From Camelus dromedarius (Eukaryota), in the NCBI RefSeq assembly GCF_036321535.1, contig NC_087436.1:118546001-118610000 (forward strand): DNA of 64,000 bases, in the 5' to 3' direction. The position numbers and the translations under genes are program-made. Below the pieces are notes generated by a model, which was given only the letters and a program-made list of their open reading frames with translations, was not told the origin of the DNA and did not search any database. Positions 22,901 to 36,500 of the stretch are shown one piece after another (position 1 is the stretch's first letter; each line of letters opens with the position of its first letter).

Positions 22901-25900
22901 GGGAGCAGGAGAGCACGTGACTGACAAAATGCATGCCTGCAGTCCCCTGTGCAGGAGAGCGAGCTGTCTCCCTGGGGACACACAAACTCACGAACATGTG
23001 CATGCACACGCATATACATGCTTGTATACACATCACACATGCACCCACTTACACACACGTACAAGGCACACATACATGCACACACATACACACTGGCACA
23101 CACACGTGCATGCACACACACAGGCGTACACATATACCCACACACATACACACACAGAGCTGGGCTTTGTGGCAAACATCAGCCGCTTTAATGTGGGAAG
23201 CAGCAGTTTGTCATGGTGATGGGAGGGACTTAATTAGGGAAGATGAGGGACCACCGATGGGAGACTATCTAAAGCAGAAGCAAGCATCCTCCTCTGAGCT
23301 GACTGGAGATGGGACACAGCCTGCCCCTGCTCCACGCCCTTTGACCTCCGGAGTCCATGCTAAAATTCCTCAAGAGGAAAGGAAGATGCTGAATGGAAGG
23401 TGGACAAGGGGAAGGAGAAAAGAGGGCAGATCTGAAGGGAGGCCAGATGCAGTGTGCCGTCCCTCGAGTGTGCTAGGGGTGAGTTCTTTCTAGCAAGCGG
23501 CAATGCCCAAGGGGCCCAGAGCTCTCCTTGCTGCGTGATGCTGGTCAGTCCAGCACTGCTTTGAGCACCAGGGTTTTGATCTGCAGAAGGGGGGCTAGAC
23601 ACCTCAAAGAGGAGGTAGTGAGGACCCCCCTCCAAGATGATGCAGGAGGGGCACCCTGGTCAGTGGGCTCCTAGGAGTCCTCCCATTCGCACATGTGCAC
23701 AGCCCTTTACAGTTTGCAAAGCCCTGGAACCTCCCTGGTTTCGTCTGGTCCTCACTCCAGCCTGAGATGCATGCGGGTCCCATCACAGCTCAGGGAACCC
23801 GAGAGGAAAGGGAGGCCCACGCAGCTGTGGCATCTGTCAGCTCTGCACGCAGAAGATCCAGGCCCCACGCACCTTGTTCCTGATCCTGACGCGCTGGTAG
23901 AGGTACTCGGGGAAGGGCTTCCGCGGGATGAAGCGGCCCATGCCCTTGTTGACGTTGACACTGCCATCCTCGAAGACGACCTTGCCCTGGCTGATGACCA
24001 CCAGCGGGGCGCCGTGGCACTCCATGCCTTCGAAGATGTTGTACTCCACCGCCTGCAAGGCGACAACCCCAGGCTTTCATCCTGCTCCCAAGCGTTTTCC
24101 CCGCACGAGCCCCGTCATGCTCATGGTGATTCTGCTATGCAGCACATCGCAGGTGGTTTCCAGGGTTTTTTCTCTCTGAAAACACCCTCTGTGGGACCGT
24201 GTAACACTCCTCTGTCCGTTCTTTCATTTGCATCATCAGACCCTCACAGTCGGGCACTTAAGGGGCTGGTGGTTTCATGGAATCTAACTAAGACGGTCTG
24301 GGCGACACGAACGTGAGTGGGGCACCCTGGAATTAGGCCGTGTGGCCACTCTGACTGTAACGGACCTTTCTGGGTCTTCTTTTAAAACCATTTTCTTTAG
24401 GATAGTTTCCTAAAACTCAATTACTGGGTCAAAGGCTACGAGCTTCTTCAAGTTGCCCATTGCCAAGTTACTTTCTGAAGACAACAGACCAATCAACATC
24501 AGTCATGGGGGACAGAAGTACTTCGTGACTTCGTGTCTATGAAATCTGCTCCAGTGCTGGGTAAGTCATTTTTAAGTTTTTCTTTTTCTTTCTTTCTTTT
24601 TATTTTTTACTAATTGGAAAGACAAAACATTTTCTTAAAAACACATTCCTTTCATCACTTCTAAAGTGAATATAATCACCAACAGCAACAGTGGTTACTT
24701 TGATTATTTAAAATGGGGTAAATTGGGATTTCGGGGTTGGCAGATACTAACCACTATATATAAAACAGATAAACAACAGGGTCCTACTGTCGGGCACAGG
24801 GAGCTATACTCAATACCTTGCAATGGCCTATAATGAAAAAAATATGAAAAGGAATATACATATGTGTGTAAGTGAATCACTAAGCTGCACACCAGAAATT
24901 AACACACTATAAATTGCCTGTAAGTCAACTTAAAAAAAAAAAAGCAGTCGTATATACGGTATAAATTCAAACGGTACAAAAGATACGTGGTTTTTAAAAC
25001 ACAGGTCTCTCATTGACCACAGACTGAGATGCTTGCCTCCAACAGACCCTCCTGGGTCCCCAGATCTTTTCTGTGTGAATAACTGTCTCACATTGCACGT
25101 GTTCCGTACAGGCTCACCCTAGTTTTTCTCCTTACCTCAAAGAATGGTCCCTGCGTTAAAAATGTTTCTGATGTTCCTTAAACCGTTTTGATTCCACAGG
25201 GACGTACTGTCATTTACTAATCCGGTTCCCAGGGGCGAACATGTGGGTCGTTGCCCTGCTTTTGCTAAAAACCACGCTGAACACACTAGTGTGTCCACAC
25301 TGGCACGTGTGAACATCGTCCTAGACGAGGGGGTTGAGCCAAAGCCTAAATGGCTTTTGACTTTGACAGACTTGCCCGCCAAAAGGCGGCACTGGTTTCC
25401 ATTCCCGTCAAGACCCCATGAGCTCGTCAGCCCCCACAGTCCGACCGCACCCGCGTGCCCCTGCGTCTCAGTCACCGGCTCGGGTGACAACAGCGCGATC
25501 TGTGGTGATTCGCATTTGGTTATTTATACGTGAGATCTGGTCTGTTTTTAAGTTGAAACCATTTGTATATTTCTCCTCGAGTCCCTGCGTTCTTGAGCCC
25601 TGGTCTCTTAAGTTCTCGGCTTTCTCCTCACTGGTTTCTAAGCACATGTTCAGCGTTAAGGAATTTATTCCTCTGTCCTGTTGTATCGCCAGTACGTCCC
25701 CTGACTGTCCCCTGCCTTCTGACCTCATATAAAATAATAAATATTAGTTGTTGCCATGCAGAAGGGTTTCTTTTTTTTCTGGTTTAATTTGTACATAGTG
25801 ATCAAACAGACTAATCTCCTTTTTATTTTCTAAGTTTTGTGTCTTGCTAAGAAAGGTCTCCCCTCTAAAAGGATCATTTTTTAAAATGTATTTTATTCTG

Positions 25901-28900
25901 GTCCTTTCATAGCTTTATTTGAATCTTTGACCCATTTTGAATTTGTTTTGTGGTTAAAAGGACAGCAGAGGTCTTAGCCCTGCGAGCCCAGTGTTTGAAC
26001 ACAACAGGTTGAGTACCTGTCTGTCTGATTTTAACTGACTCCTTTATTGTAAATCAAACGCTCGTATGCAGTGGGCCTGCTGCCTGGCTGCTTCTCTTGT
26101 GCCAATAGCCGACTGTCTCGATGTTTGTAGCTTTATAACACAATTTAATAAATGGGCGATTAGCACTCTCCCTTAGTTTTCCACTTTGGTCAGAAATGTT
26201 CGGCTGTTCTCAGATTTTCCATCTAGAAACTCTGCTCTTTTACCTAAAAAACAAGCCCACTAAATTTTCTGAGGGGTTTACTTCCAGTCCATAGATTAAA
26301 TTAGGAAGAATGGATATGTTCACTCTATTGAATCTTTTTAGCATAAAAGAACTTGCATTTATGTGTCTTTAGTTTTTATTGTTCTTAGAAACAGGATTTT
26401 GATTTCCATTCTGTTTTTCAAAGTGTTTTTTTTCCATTTTTTAAATGGGGGGGCGGGGGGTTGAACCCAGAATCTCATGCCTGCTAAGCACATGCTCTGC
26501 CACTGAGCTGCACCCTCCCCACTCAAAGTGCTTTTTAATTATTTCATAGAAAAAAATTATTTCATAGAAAATTCTTTATATTAATTTGTAATCAGCCAGC
26601 AGATTCTCTTATTGTTTTTGATGGCATTTATTTGGGGTTTCAAGGCAACAATCAGATTTTCCACTAACAGCTGCTAATATTTTGCCTTAGAATCTTTGTT
26701 GCCGCTGCCTCCCAGGACCCAAGCAATTTGTTTTCAGTTTTAACACTTGCTAATCTAACACTTCCTGAGTCACCCTAAAGTGACCTTGCTTTGCAGTAAT
26801 TTATAATTTTACTCAAACTCAAATGTGGGCTGTAAATGCTGAAAAGCGTTGAAGAGGCAAATCACTGACCTCCCTCCCAGTCCAAACTGACCGGCCAGGT
26901 GGGCTGAGGCCACCCAGCCCCGTCCAGCCTGTTCTCTTCTCTTCTTAGTGGGAGGACATGTTACGTGCCCCAGGGGCGCTCCCCCAGGGGAGAATCTTAC
27001 CAGCCGCCGGTTATATTGCCCGCAAATGTCCCATTCCATGTTCCACAACTACCTAGAGTTTTCAAAGCTAATTGTTCCCTTGCTTAAAGGTAATAGAAAC
27101 AATGTAAAAATTCGAACAGTATAAAAGATCATGATTTTAAAAACTGTCTTCTCTCCCATCTGAGCCCCAGTTCCCTAGTCCCCCTCCCAGGAAGCAGTTA
27201 CTATTCCTCAGTCTTTTATAAAGACAGCCTGACACTGATGAATGCATAAGCATGATATATGTTTATGTCAAAAAATGGATGAATGTGGTCGACCCAAGCA
27301 ATGGAATATTATTCAGCCATAAAAAGGAATGGATTGATACCTGCTATAGTGTGGATGAGCTCCTAAAACAAGATACCAAGTAAAAGAAGCCAGATACAAA
27401 AGCCACATACTGTGTGAACCCATTTGTATGAAATGTACAGAATAAGCAAATCCATAAAGAGACCAGATTCGTGGTTGACGGGCTGGGGGAGGAAGGAGTG
27501 GGGAGTGGCTGCTAATGACTACTGGGTTTCCTTCTGAGGGGACGAAAATGTTTGGAATGAGTACTGGTGATTGTACAACCTTCTCAATTTTAAAATGGTG
27601 AAATTCATGGCATGTGAATTACATCTCAACAAAAGAGTGTAAAAACCTAAGTTGTCTATGCCATACAATCCTGTATGTTACCTGTGCTGCGACACTTTGA
27701 AGCAAATACTTTTCACACTAAGATATGAAAGAATAAAAGTTGTGTTCTTTTTACAGAAAAGGAGATTTAAATTTTTAATCATGGATCAACGTATAGGAAA
27801 TGATTTCTTTACAGTTGTTAAAAGGAAAGTAATATTTTTAAACTTAAAAAAAGTGAAATTAACCCCTAAAACCGCACTTTCCAATCCCTGTTCTGGAATA
27901 CACTCGTTTCCTCACTGTGGGGATGGTACTGCTTTGAACAGAAAAGAATGGAACAGACAAAAACCAGTCGGTCTCATGGCGTCCTGAACTGTCTGTTTCT
28001 GGCTAAGAAAATCACTCAAACCTGGCTTGGCATAGAGAGGGGATACGTCCCAAGTGTAACTCACCTGGAACAATCACCTCCCACATGGGCAACCTCAGGT
28101 ACCTGACTGATTATTATGGGTTGAAATATGTCCCCCAAAAAGGTCTGTTGAAGGCAACTGTATTTTGAAAGGGATCATTGCAGACGTCGGTAGTTAAGAT
28201 GAGGTCACTGGAGCAGAGTGGGCCCTAAGCCTGATGACTGGTGTCCTTATAAGAAGATGGCAAGACACAGGAAGATGGCCAGAGATTGGAATGATGCAAC
28301 CACAAGCCAAGGAACGTCAAGGATGGCCAATGACACCAAAGGGCAGGAGGAAGGCATGGAACAGACCCTCCCAAGAGCCCCCGGGGGAGCACAGCCCTGT
28401 TGACGCTGATTTCAGGGCACTGGCCTCCAGAACTGCAAGAAAACACATTCCTGTCATTTCAACCCACCAGCCTGTGGTCCTTTGTGACAGAAGCCCCAGG
28501 GAATTAATAGGCATCCTCTCTCTGTCCATTTTCTTACTTAGTAATAACAACATACCTAACTGAGCTTATTGTATTAAGTGAGATGAGGCATGGAAAAAGT
28601 AAACACAGAGTAACTACAAAGCAAGATTTGACTGGGGTTTGATAATAATTGAAACCCTGACTCCCAAGTGTGAAACGTGCATGTCCACTGATTACGTGCC
28701 GAAATAATAGGAGATGAGGGGTCCGTGCATGCCCAGCTCAGCCTCTCTCCCACCACCCTGTCTCCCTAGCTGGCCAGGCACCCTCTTCCTCCCTGGACCA
28801 TGATGGCCCTGAGAGCCGAGGGGCAGCTCCAGTGGCCGGACAGCAGTGGTGACGCACGCCCGCTCACCTGCACGACCTTCTCACGGGACACCTTGCTGAC

Positions 28901-30513
28901 ACCACGGGGGAGCAGCGTGCATCTCCTGTGTTCCCAGACCCCACTCCCTGTGTGCACATCACCGCATCCCTAGTAATTAAAATGGAACCGTGTGCTTCGG
29001 GGGTGGTGAGTGTGGAGAAGAGTGTATATCTTTCTCCGGGGGAGGTGACCTCAGGCTTGGTTCCTCCTGACCTGCTCCCAGGGATGGGGGTGAGGGAAGA
29101 AGGCATGTCACCAGGGAGCCCTGGTGAATTTAAGAATGACGGCTGGTTGATGAGCTGGACAGATCTCTCTGTCCCCATGCCATGGCTCTTGTGGCCAAGT
29201 GGTTCTTGTCACAATCTCATGAGGCTTCCTTGTGCCTGGGGTCCTGTCCCCATGCACATGGTCTCACCCCTCAACAGGGACTGACCTCTGGGCTGGGAAG
29301 CGGCACCCATCGTAGGGTGATGCTCTGTGCACACACTCTGCCTCCTGGCCCACGTCCTGAAACAGACTTTGGTGAGTCAGGAACCAGGCCGTGGCCTCTG
29401 TGTCTTGTGAGTGTAGCTGTTAATCTGGTCCTTACACTACTGCTGGCCATGCAGAGCGGGTTGAAGCAAACACGCAGGGAGGGGAAGATGTCTTCTATCT
29501 CTGCATCCTTAGAGGTTTGCTGGGTGAGTGAAGAAGTCAAGGGCACGTAAGATACAAAGGGCAGAGGTAACCCACACACACAGGCTTGAGGCCTGGATCC
29601 GGGGAGAGCGCACCCTTGGTGTGAGCTCAAACAGCACGAGGCAGTCCACCCCCCTCCTCTGCTGACGGCCAGCAGTTGGCCCCCAGCTGAAGTAGGGGGC
29701 TCCTGAGACACCAGCCCAAACCCTCTCCAGCTTGATAACTAAACTGGAGAAAGGATCTTGCACCTAATACTTCCCCTCTCTGAGCCTGCTGGCTCACTCC
29801 ACGGAGTCACAAGCAGAGTCAGCTGGCTGAGAAAAAAACACATCACGCATCGGGGGAAGAGCCCCCGAGAGAGGGGGGGGGAAATTAATAAATCGCTTTA
29901 ACCAGAGGCTTCTAAAACGATCACAAAGCGAGAACCGCTTACCCATGCCAGGAGCGGTGCTGATAAACCAGGACTCACCGACTTGTGACTCTTGGCTGTG
30001 ATGGTCTTCACCTTGTCAGGGTCCCAGATGACCACGTCAGCGTCTGAGCCCACGGCAATCCGCCCTTTTCTGGGGTACAGGTTAAAGATCTTGGCTGCAT
30101 TGGTGCTGGTGACAGCGACAAACTGGTTCTCGTCCATTTTGCCAGTAGCCTGGAGGCAAGACCCACGGATGAGAAAAGCATCCCCTAACAGGACCAGAAG
30201 GGGCAGACAGGCACAGAGCTCAACCTGCCAACAGAGCCCCGACGAAGAGTCTGGAATTTTCTCCACTCCCTGCTGAAACCAGGCCATCCTGAGAAAGCCC
30301 CAGGTGCCTGGCCTCATCAGATCAGACACGTAATTAACTCCTCAGAGGTGTCTCGATGTTTTCACAACAGCCCCCTTGGCATCTGGTCAGTTTCACTGGG
30401 TCCCCATTTGATAGAAAATTAAAATTTTCTGTTTCAAGTCAGTGATCAGGGTGTGACCTGGGACTTCCTTATGCAACAGGAATCCTCTGTGCCCACTCTC
30501 AACCCCAAACCTG

Positions 30514-30567
<54 letters not shown>

Positions 30568-33500
30568 ACAAAGTCATCTTTACATGGACTGAAATGTCGT
30601 TAAAACAAAACAAAACTGTCCCATCCGTAAAGACTGCAGGACGGTTGTCGTATCTGCAAATGCAGAGGACATCAAAGGACTCGTGCTGTTTTCTTAAGGG
30701 TCACACGTGTGCCCTCCTGGTGCATGCTGCTTCTGCCTCAAAGAAAGAAAGGGAATTTAAGAACCAGAAGTGCATGACACGGGGCTTCAGTGGGCCTGGA
30801 GGGCGCTTCTAGGCTGTTCTTGGGGTTGGGAGCAGGGAGATGGTGCCGCCTTACCACCGCCTTGTCCCAGACCACGGTCATCCGCTCCTCTATCCCGTTG
30901 ACACCCTCGGGGATGAGAGTGAAGTTGTCCTTGCCCACCGCCTTCTGGGCAGTGCTGTAGGGACAGTGTCCGCTGCCCGTGACCTGCAGGTCTCCACTGG
31001 CAAAGACAAAACAAGGTGGGATTCAGACCCGAGTTCACATGGTGGAGCAGACCCCAACCTCAGACACCCAATCAGGCTGTAAAACTCAAACCCTAAACAA
31101 GACAGGAGGGCGGAGGGCAGGGCACAGCCATCAGCACCAAGATGGGGAAGATTCAGCTCCCAGTGGGCCCTGAGCGTCATTATAGGCTCACTGCAACACA
31201 GTAGCTGCTAAGTGGCCTCCCACAGCCATCATGACAGACCCCAGGCTGACCACAAAAGGTCAAAAAGTGGGCGGTGGCCCAATTCCTGGGAATCCCAGCC
31301 CCTTCCCCAAAGTAGCTGGAATAACCCTCCCACTTTTAGCATGAGGAGTTACCGCGCCCATAAAAGCTAACAACCCGCCACCCCACGGCCTCTCCCTCTC
31401 TCAGCCTCTCTTGCCTTCCGAGGGGCCCACACGCTATGGAGTGTACACCTCTCTGAATAAATCTACCCCCGCTCTACAGCGGCTCGCTCTTGAATTCTTC
31501 CCTGCGCGAAGCCAAGGACCTTCCCTTGGTGGGGCACGTCCCAGGGACTCTCCTGGGACCTGGGACATGGCCATCCTCTTGCGCCCCACTGCCTTGCATC
31601 ACAAAGAGATTCTGGGGAGAGGATTTTGGGACATCACGGGCCTTACCTAGTGACACTGGAAGGCCCTTCGGCCTTTGATATCTTGCTGAAGACTGCAAAG
31701 AGGCCCGGGCATCGGGAGGAGGTTCTGTGTGACTGTGGGCGCAGGCTGGATGCACACCCCCACCACTTCCTGGTTCCTTCTGATTAGAAGCCCCGAATTA
31801 TCCTTGCCCATCGGGCAAACTCTTACTCATCCCCGGTGTCCAGACCTGATGTCACCTCCTCCATGCAGCCTTCGGAGGGTGCACCTCTGCTTCCAGAGCA
31901 GCCTGCACACCTCATCTCTGAGCCTTCTCTTGTGGCCCTAAGTGTTCTTCCCTCACGCTGGCTGACAGCAGAGAGGGGTAAAAGTGCTGTGCTCCTACTG
32001 TGTGCAGGCAGCAGAGCACAGCCCCGCGGCCACCGTGAACCCCGAATCCCAGGCCTTCTACCTGAGCTGGCTCACACCCAGCTCCGCGGCGGGGGCTGCA
32101 CTCGCCCCACGTTGCTGGTGAGTCAACAGAGACAGAGACACCACAGGGTAGGGGACCCGCCGGGGGCACAGCCAGCCCATGTTGAGGGAAGACGAGGATG
32201 TTGGTCTCACATTCTTAACTCTGTGTTTCCCAATGTCCCACAGTGCCAGGCACACAGAAGGTGCTTAAATGCTGCAGTATAAATGGGAAAAAACCTAGAA
32301 AAGTGACTGGCATGGTAACTGAATGAAATAGACCCTGGGGCCCCTGAAGGCCTGCTGTAAGCAACCTGGAGCTTTGTTCCAAGTTGTCCCAGAGCAGCCA
32401 GCCCAAGGCCCCCTCACTGAGCCAGCTGCGGCTTCCTGCCCTTCAACCCCCCACCCCGCCGGCCCAGCCCGCCGGCCCAGCCCCACCACCCCGCCGGCCC
32501 ACGGGCTCTCACCAGGCCAGCAGGGAGGTCAAGTAGTCAGGTGTGGTGGGGTCCGGGCTCAGGGGAGGGGACGTCACAAAGGCCGCCGCCTTGGCCCAGT
32601 TCTTGCTCCAGTAATGGGTGCCATCGGTCCCCAGACTGGCAGCGATGGGCTCGCCAAAAACGAGGGGGCCTTGGGAGACAAACACAAACACTCATGGTTG
32701 AGAGCTCTGACACACGGAAATAGAAGATCCCAGAGGCCGGAGAATGAGACGGTCCGTCCTTCCCCCAGCTCCACCACACGCGCCCCAGTGACCCCACACC
32801 ACCAGGCACTCAGCACCCTGCTGTCCCGTTCAACGACCATTTGGGTTATTGATGCTTTTAGCATTTGGAATTGACTTTTATCTCCTCTGACAGACGGTCA
32901 GCCGAAGCACAGAGACGTGACTGCTGTCTTAGTTTGGGTTCTGCTGGAGGCTGATTTTCAAATGGAAAATTGAGTGTAAGAGTTTTATTTGAGATTCCCA
33001 GAAATAACCTGGAGGGAAACTGAGGCAGTGATATAATGCAGGGAGAGAAGCCAAGGAAAGGTGACTTATCACCGAGGCAGCCACAGCCATGGGCACCTGC
33101 ACCCTCGCCCCTCCCCCCGGCAGCCGCAGAGCCGTCTCAGCCCGGGGCATGCAGCCAGCAACCCACTGCTGCGGGGGCTGCTTCCTGAGCATTCACTTTC
33201 CAGAAAGTCCAGCTTGCCTTCCAGGGAGTGGGTCAGATGTGCTTCTGCAGAAATCAAAGGCTTTAGGCAGAGTTGCAGGCTTTCCCAGCGTAACAGGGAG
33301 GGACACATCTGACCCCTTATTAGCTCTGTTTCTCTGGCTCTAACCCCATGCTCTGTTTCCTGGGCTCAGTCGTGCTGGTTCGGCACCTCTTGTAAACGAA
33401 TCTTGCCCAGAGCCTGAAATACACAGGAGAGCCCCTTCTCAAGCTCTTCCACTCATACAGAGAGAAAAAGCTGCAGAGCAGGGCAGAACATTTGTCTTGC

Positions 33501-36500
33501 TGGAGGCTTACAGGCACACCATGACCTGACCCACGTGATCAGCTGCAAGAACAAAGGATTCTGACACCAAGAAGTCAGCACCAACCAGCCACACCCCTTC
33601 CCCATTCTAGTATAAAAGGAGCCTGAATTCTGACTTGGAGAAGACGTTCTCCAGGACCTTAGTCCCCCATCTTCTTAGTCTGCTGACTTTCTGAATAAAA
33701 TCATTATTCATTGCCCCAACACCTCGTCTTCCAATTTACTGGCCTGTCATGTGGCAAGCATTACGAGTCTGGACTCAGTAACAGCAGGAAGCAGCTCTGC
33801 AGTAGCGACAAGTCCCGAGTGGATGTGGGCCGGCAGCTCTGTGGCCCGGCCCACGGCCACCCAGCTGGCGAGCAGGAGGCAGGCTTTGGACACCAGGAGC
33901 CTGGCTCTGGAGCCACGCCGCCCAACAGCACGCGCAGCGGCCGTGCAGCTCTGCTCGGGGCTGTCCGAGACATCAGCCACCAGCCACACGTGGCTCTCGA
34001 GTGTGAGACCCTCTTCATTCTCAATCTGGTGGTTGTCGGGGACTGTGGGCCTCAGTCAGAAGACCTGGGGATCACACTCGGTGCCTCCCCTAAGTCTCTG
34101 GGGAACCGGCTGGTTAGAGTCTTTAAGAGCCGCTCAGCACACCAGCTGTGCCTGCGCCCCACCGTCCTCAGGAGCCCTCGGGACCCGCCAAGGACTCGGC
34201 AGGCACTTCACATCTGTGAGTGCCTCAGGTCCGTTTAGAGATGAGACAACGGAAGTTCAGAGAAGTTGAGTAGTGCATTCAAGTCTTAGAGCTGGCAGGT
34301 GACTCCCTGCCCCACCCCCCGATGTCCAGGTCGGGGCTGTCCCCAGACCCTGTGCTCTGGAAAGCACTGTCCTCCTTCCCCACCTGCAGCTGAGACTCTG
34401 TGCAGGCCCGAGGGTGGAGCCTGGGTGCAGGCACCAACCAAGGGGTCCCAGATGGGGGATCCAGGATGAAGTGCCCAGAAAGGGGACCAGAAAGAGGGCA
34501 GGTGGGATCCAGGCGCTGCTGGAGCCTGGGCTCCATCACTGGCTTGATGTGAAACCCAAGGAGAACTTGGAACTCTTCACAGATCTTTAAAATACATGGT
34601 CTCACGTGACTCACGAGGAGATAATTACCTTACAAGTAGGGAAACTGAGGCTCAGAACACTACTCACCAAGGTCACACGTGGGCACATGGCACCCCAGGA
34701 ATCAAACCTAAAACTGACTGCACATCTTGTGTTCCACCCTCCACCCTCAGCTCCCTCTTCAGCCTGGCCCACGGGGTTCAGGGTTCAGGCTGCTGGCAAC
34801 GAGCAGGTGTCTCTGCCCTGGGCAGTGGCTCTGACAGCGAACCTGAACTCTGGACATGCCTCTTCCTCCCCACCAGCTCCCACAGGAGCCAGGGCGCTGG
34901 GCTGTGTACCTTTCTTTCTGGCCAAGGTGATGATGTCGGCCGCGCTCCTGCTCATCACCTTGGTGATGTACACGGGGCAGTTGATCCGGCCTGCGATGGT
35001 GATGGCCCGGAACACAGCCTCGGCCTCCAGCTGCGGACACAGCAAATACACGGGTCACGGGAGGGTGGGGTGGGGGACCACCCACCCTGAGTTCCTAGGG
35101 CTCTCCCCCATCAGCCTCCTTCAATTTTCCTTAATTCAATGTGGTCAGAGGGAAATCTACTGCATCAGAGGAGGAAAACTGCAGATTTTATTTATTTTTT
35201 ATTTCGGGGGATGGAGAGGTAATTAGGTTTTTATTTCTACCACTGAGCTATACCCATCCCCCCGGTTTTAAAATTTTTATTATTATTATTTTTCAATGGA
35301 GGGACTGGGGATTGAACCCAGGACCTCGTGTGTGCTACGCACGTGCTCTACCACTGAGCTATACTCGCCCCCCAGTTAAATGTGGTGGTCAGAGGAAAGT
35401 CTACTGCATCCAAGGAGGAAAAGAGTGTAGATTTTTTTAAAAGAAAGAAAAAAATTAGACAAAATGTATTTGGCTAGAGGGTTGGAAGGCAGAATCAAGA
35501 CACTTGCTTGGAAGCATGCTGCCCGCTCTGTTCGAAGGGTGAGAGGAAGGTACAGGGCTTAGCGCACGCAGGGTCCTGGGCTCAGCCCCCAGTCCCTCCA
35601 TTTAAAAAAATAAATAATAGATAAATAAATAAAAATAAAATCAAAAACCACCTTGCATGTACTGTCTTTTACAAAAAGAAGAGAGACTGACTAGGCAGAG
35701 TGGGCATCAAAAGGCCCGTAAAATGGCCCGATGCTCATAAAACGCCTGAGGTTAGGGACTCGAGCCCGCCCTGCGCGCCCCCTCCACGCGCCACAACCAG
35801 GCGAAGCCGCCTGCTGTGGGCTCTGGTCTCTGTCCCCACTAGACCAGCACTTCCCACACAAAAGGACCAGCTAGATTTTGTTTTTAATTTCCAGTCTGAT
35901 AGTGCCCCACACGTGGCCCCGCTGCCGGTGACTGACTGCACACCACACACGGGGCGGGGGCGGGGGGTCTGACCACACCCAGAAGGGTCTCCACCCTGTT
36001 TACATGCCTGGAGGCTGTGGCAAAGTCCCGGGGCTATAAAGGTTTGTAAACCCCATCTTTGGGTCTGTCCTGGTCTCATCAGGGACTAGGGACCCAGGTT
36101 GTGGGCGTGGAGCTGGTGTGTGGAGCCCGCCGGGTAAGGCGTCTGTGTGCTCGTGTGCTGTGCCCCCGTGTCTGGCACCGGCCGGCCCAGAGCGCAGGTC
36201 CGGGGATGCGGCTAATGATCTGACGGGACATCAGGAAATACTGGGCATCCCTCCTGCTCCATGCCCAGTCCGCCCGCCTGCCTTCTGCGCCCCCACACAC
36301 ACACTACACACACAGGTGCACACACACAGGTGCACACACACACTACACACACACACGGGTGCACGCACACACACAGGTGCACACACTACACACACAGGTG
36401 CACATACTACACACACTACACACACAGGTGCACACACTAACACACACAGGTGCACACACACTACACAGACACACACACATACAGAGGTGCATACACACAC

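Noticed and set aside
32810..32826. Possible REST/NRSE half-sites (tcagcacc...ctgtcc)
   Set aside because: Second half-site is inverted and the spacing is non-canonical; too weak to call.
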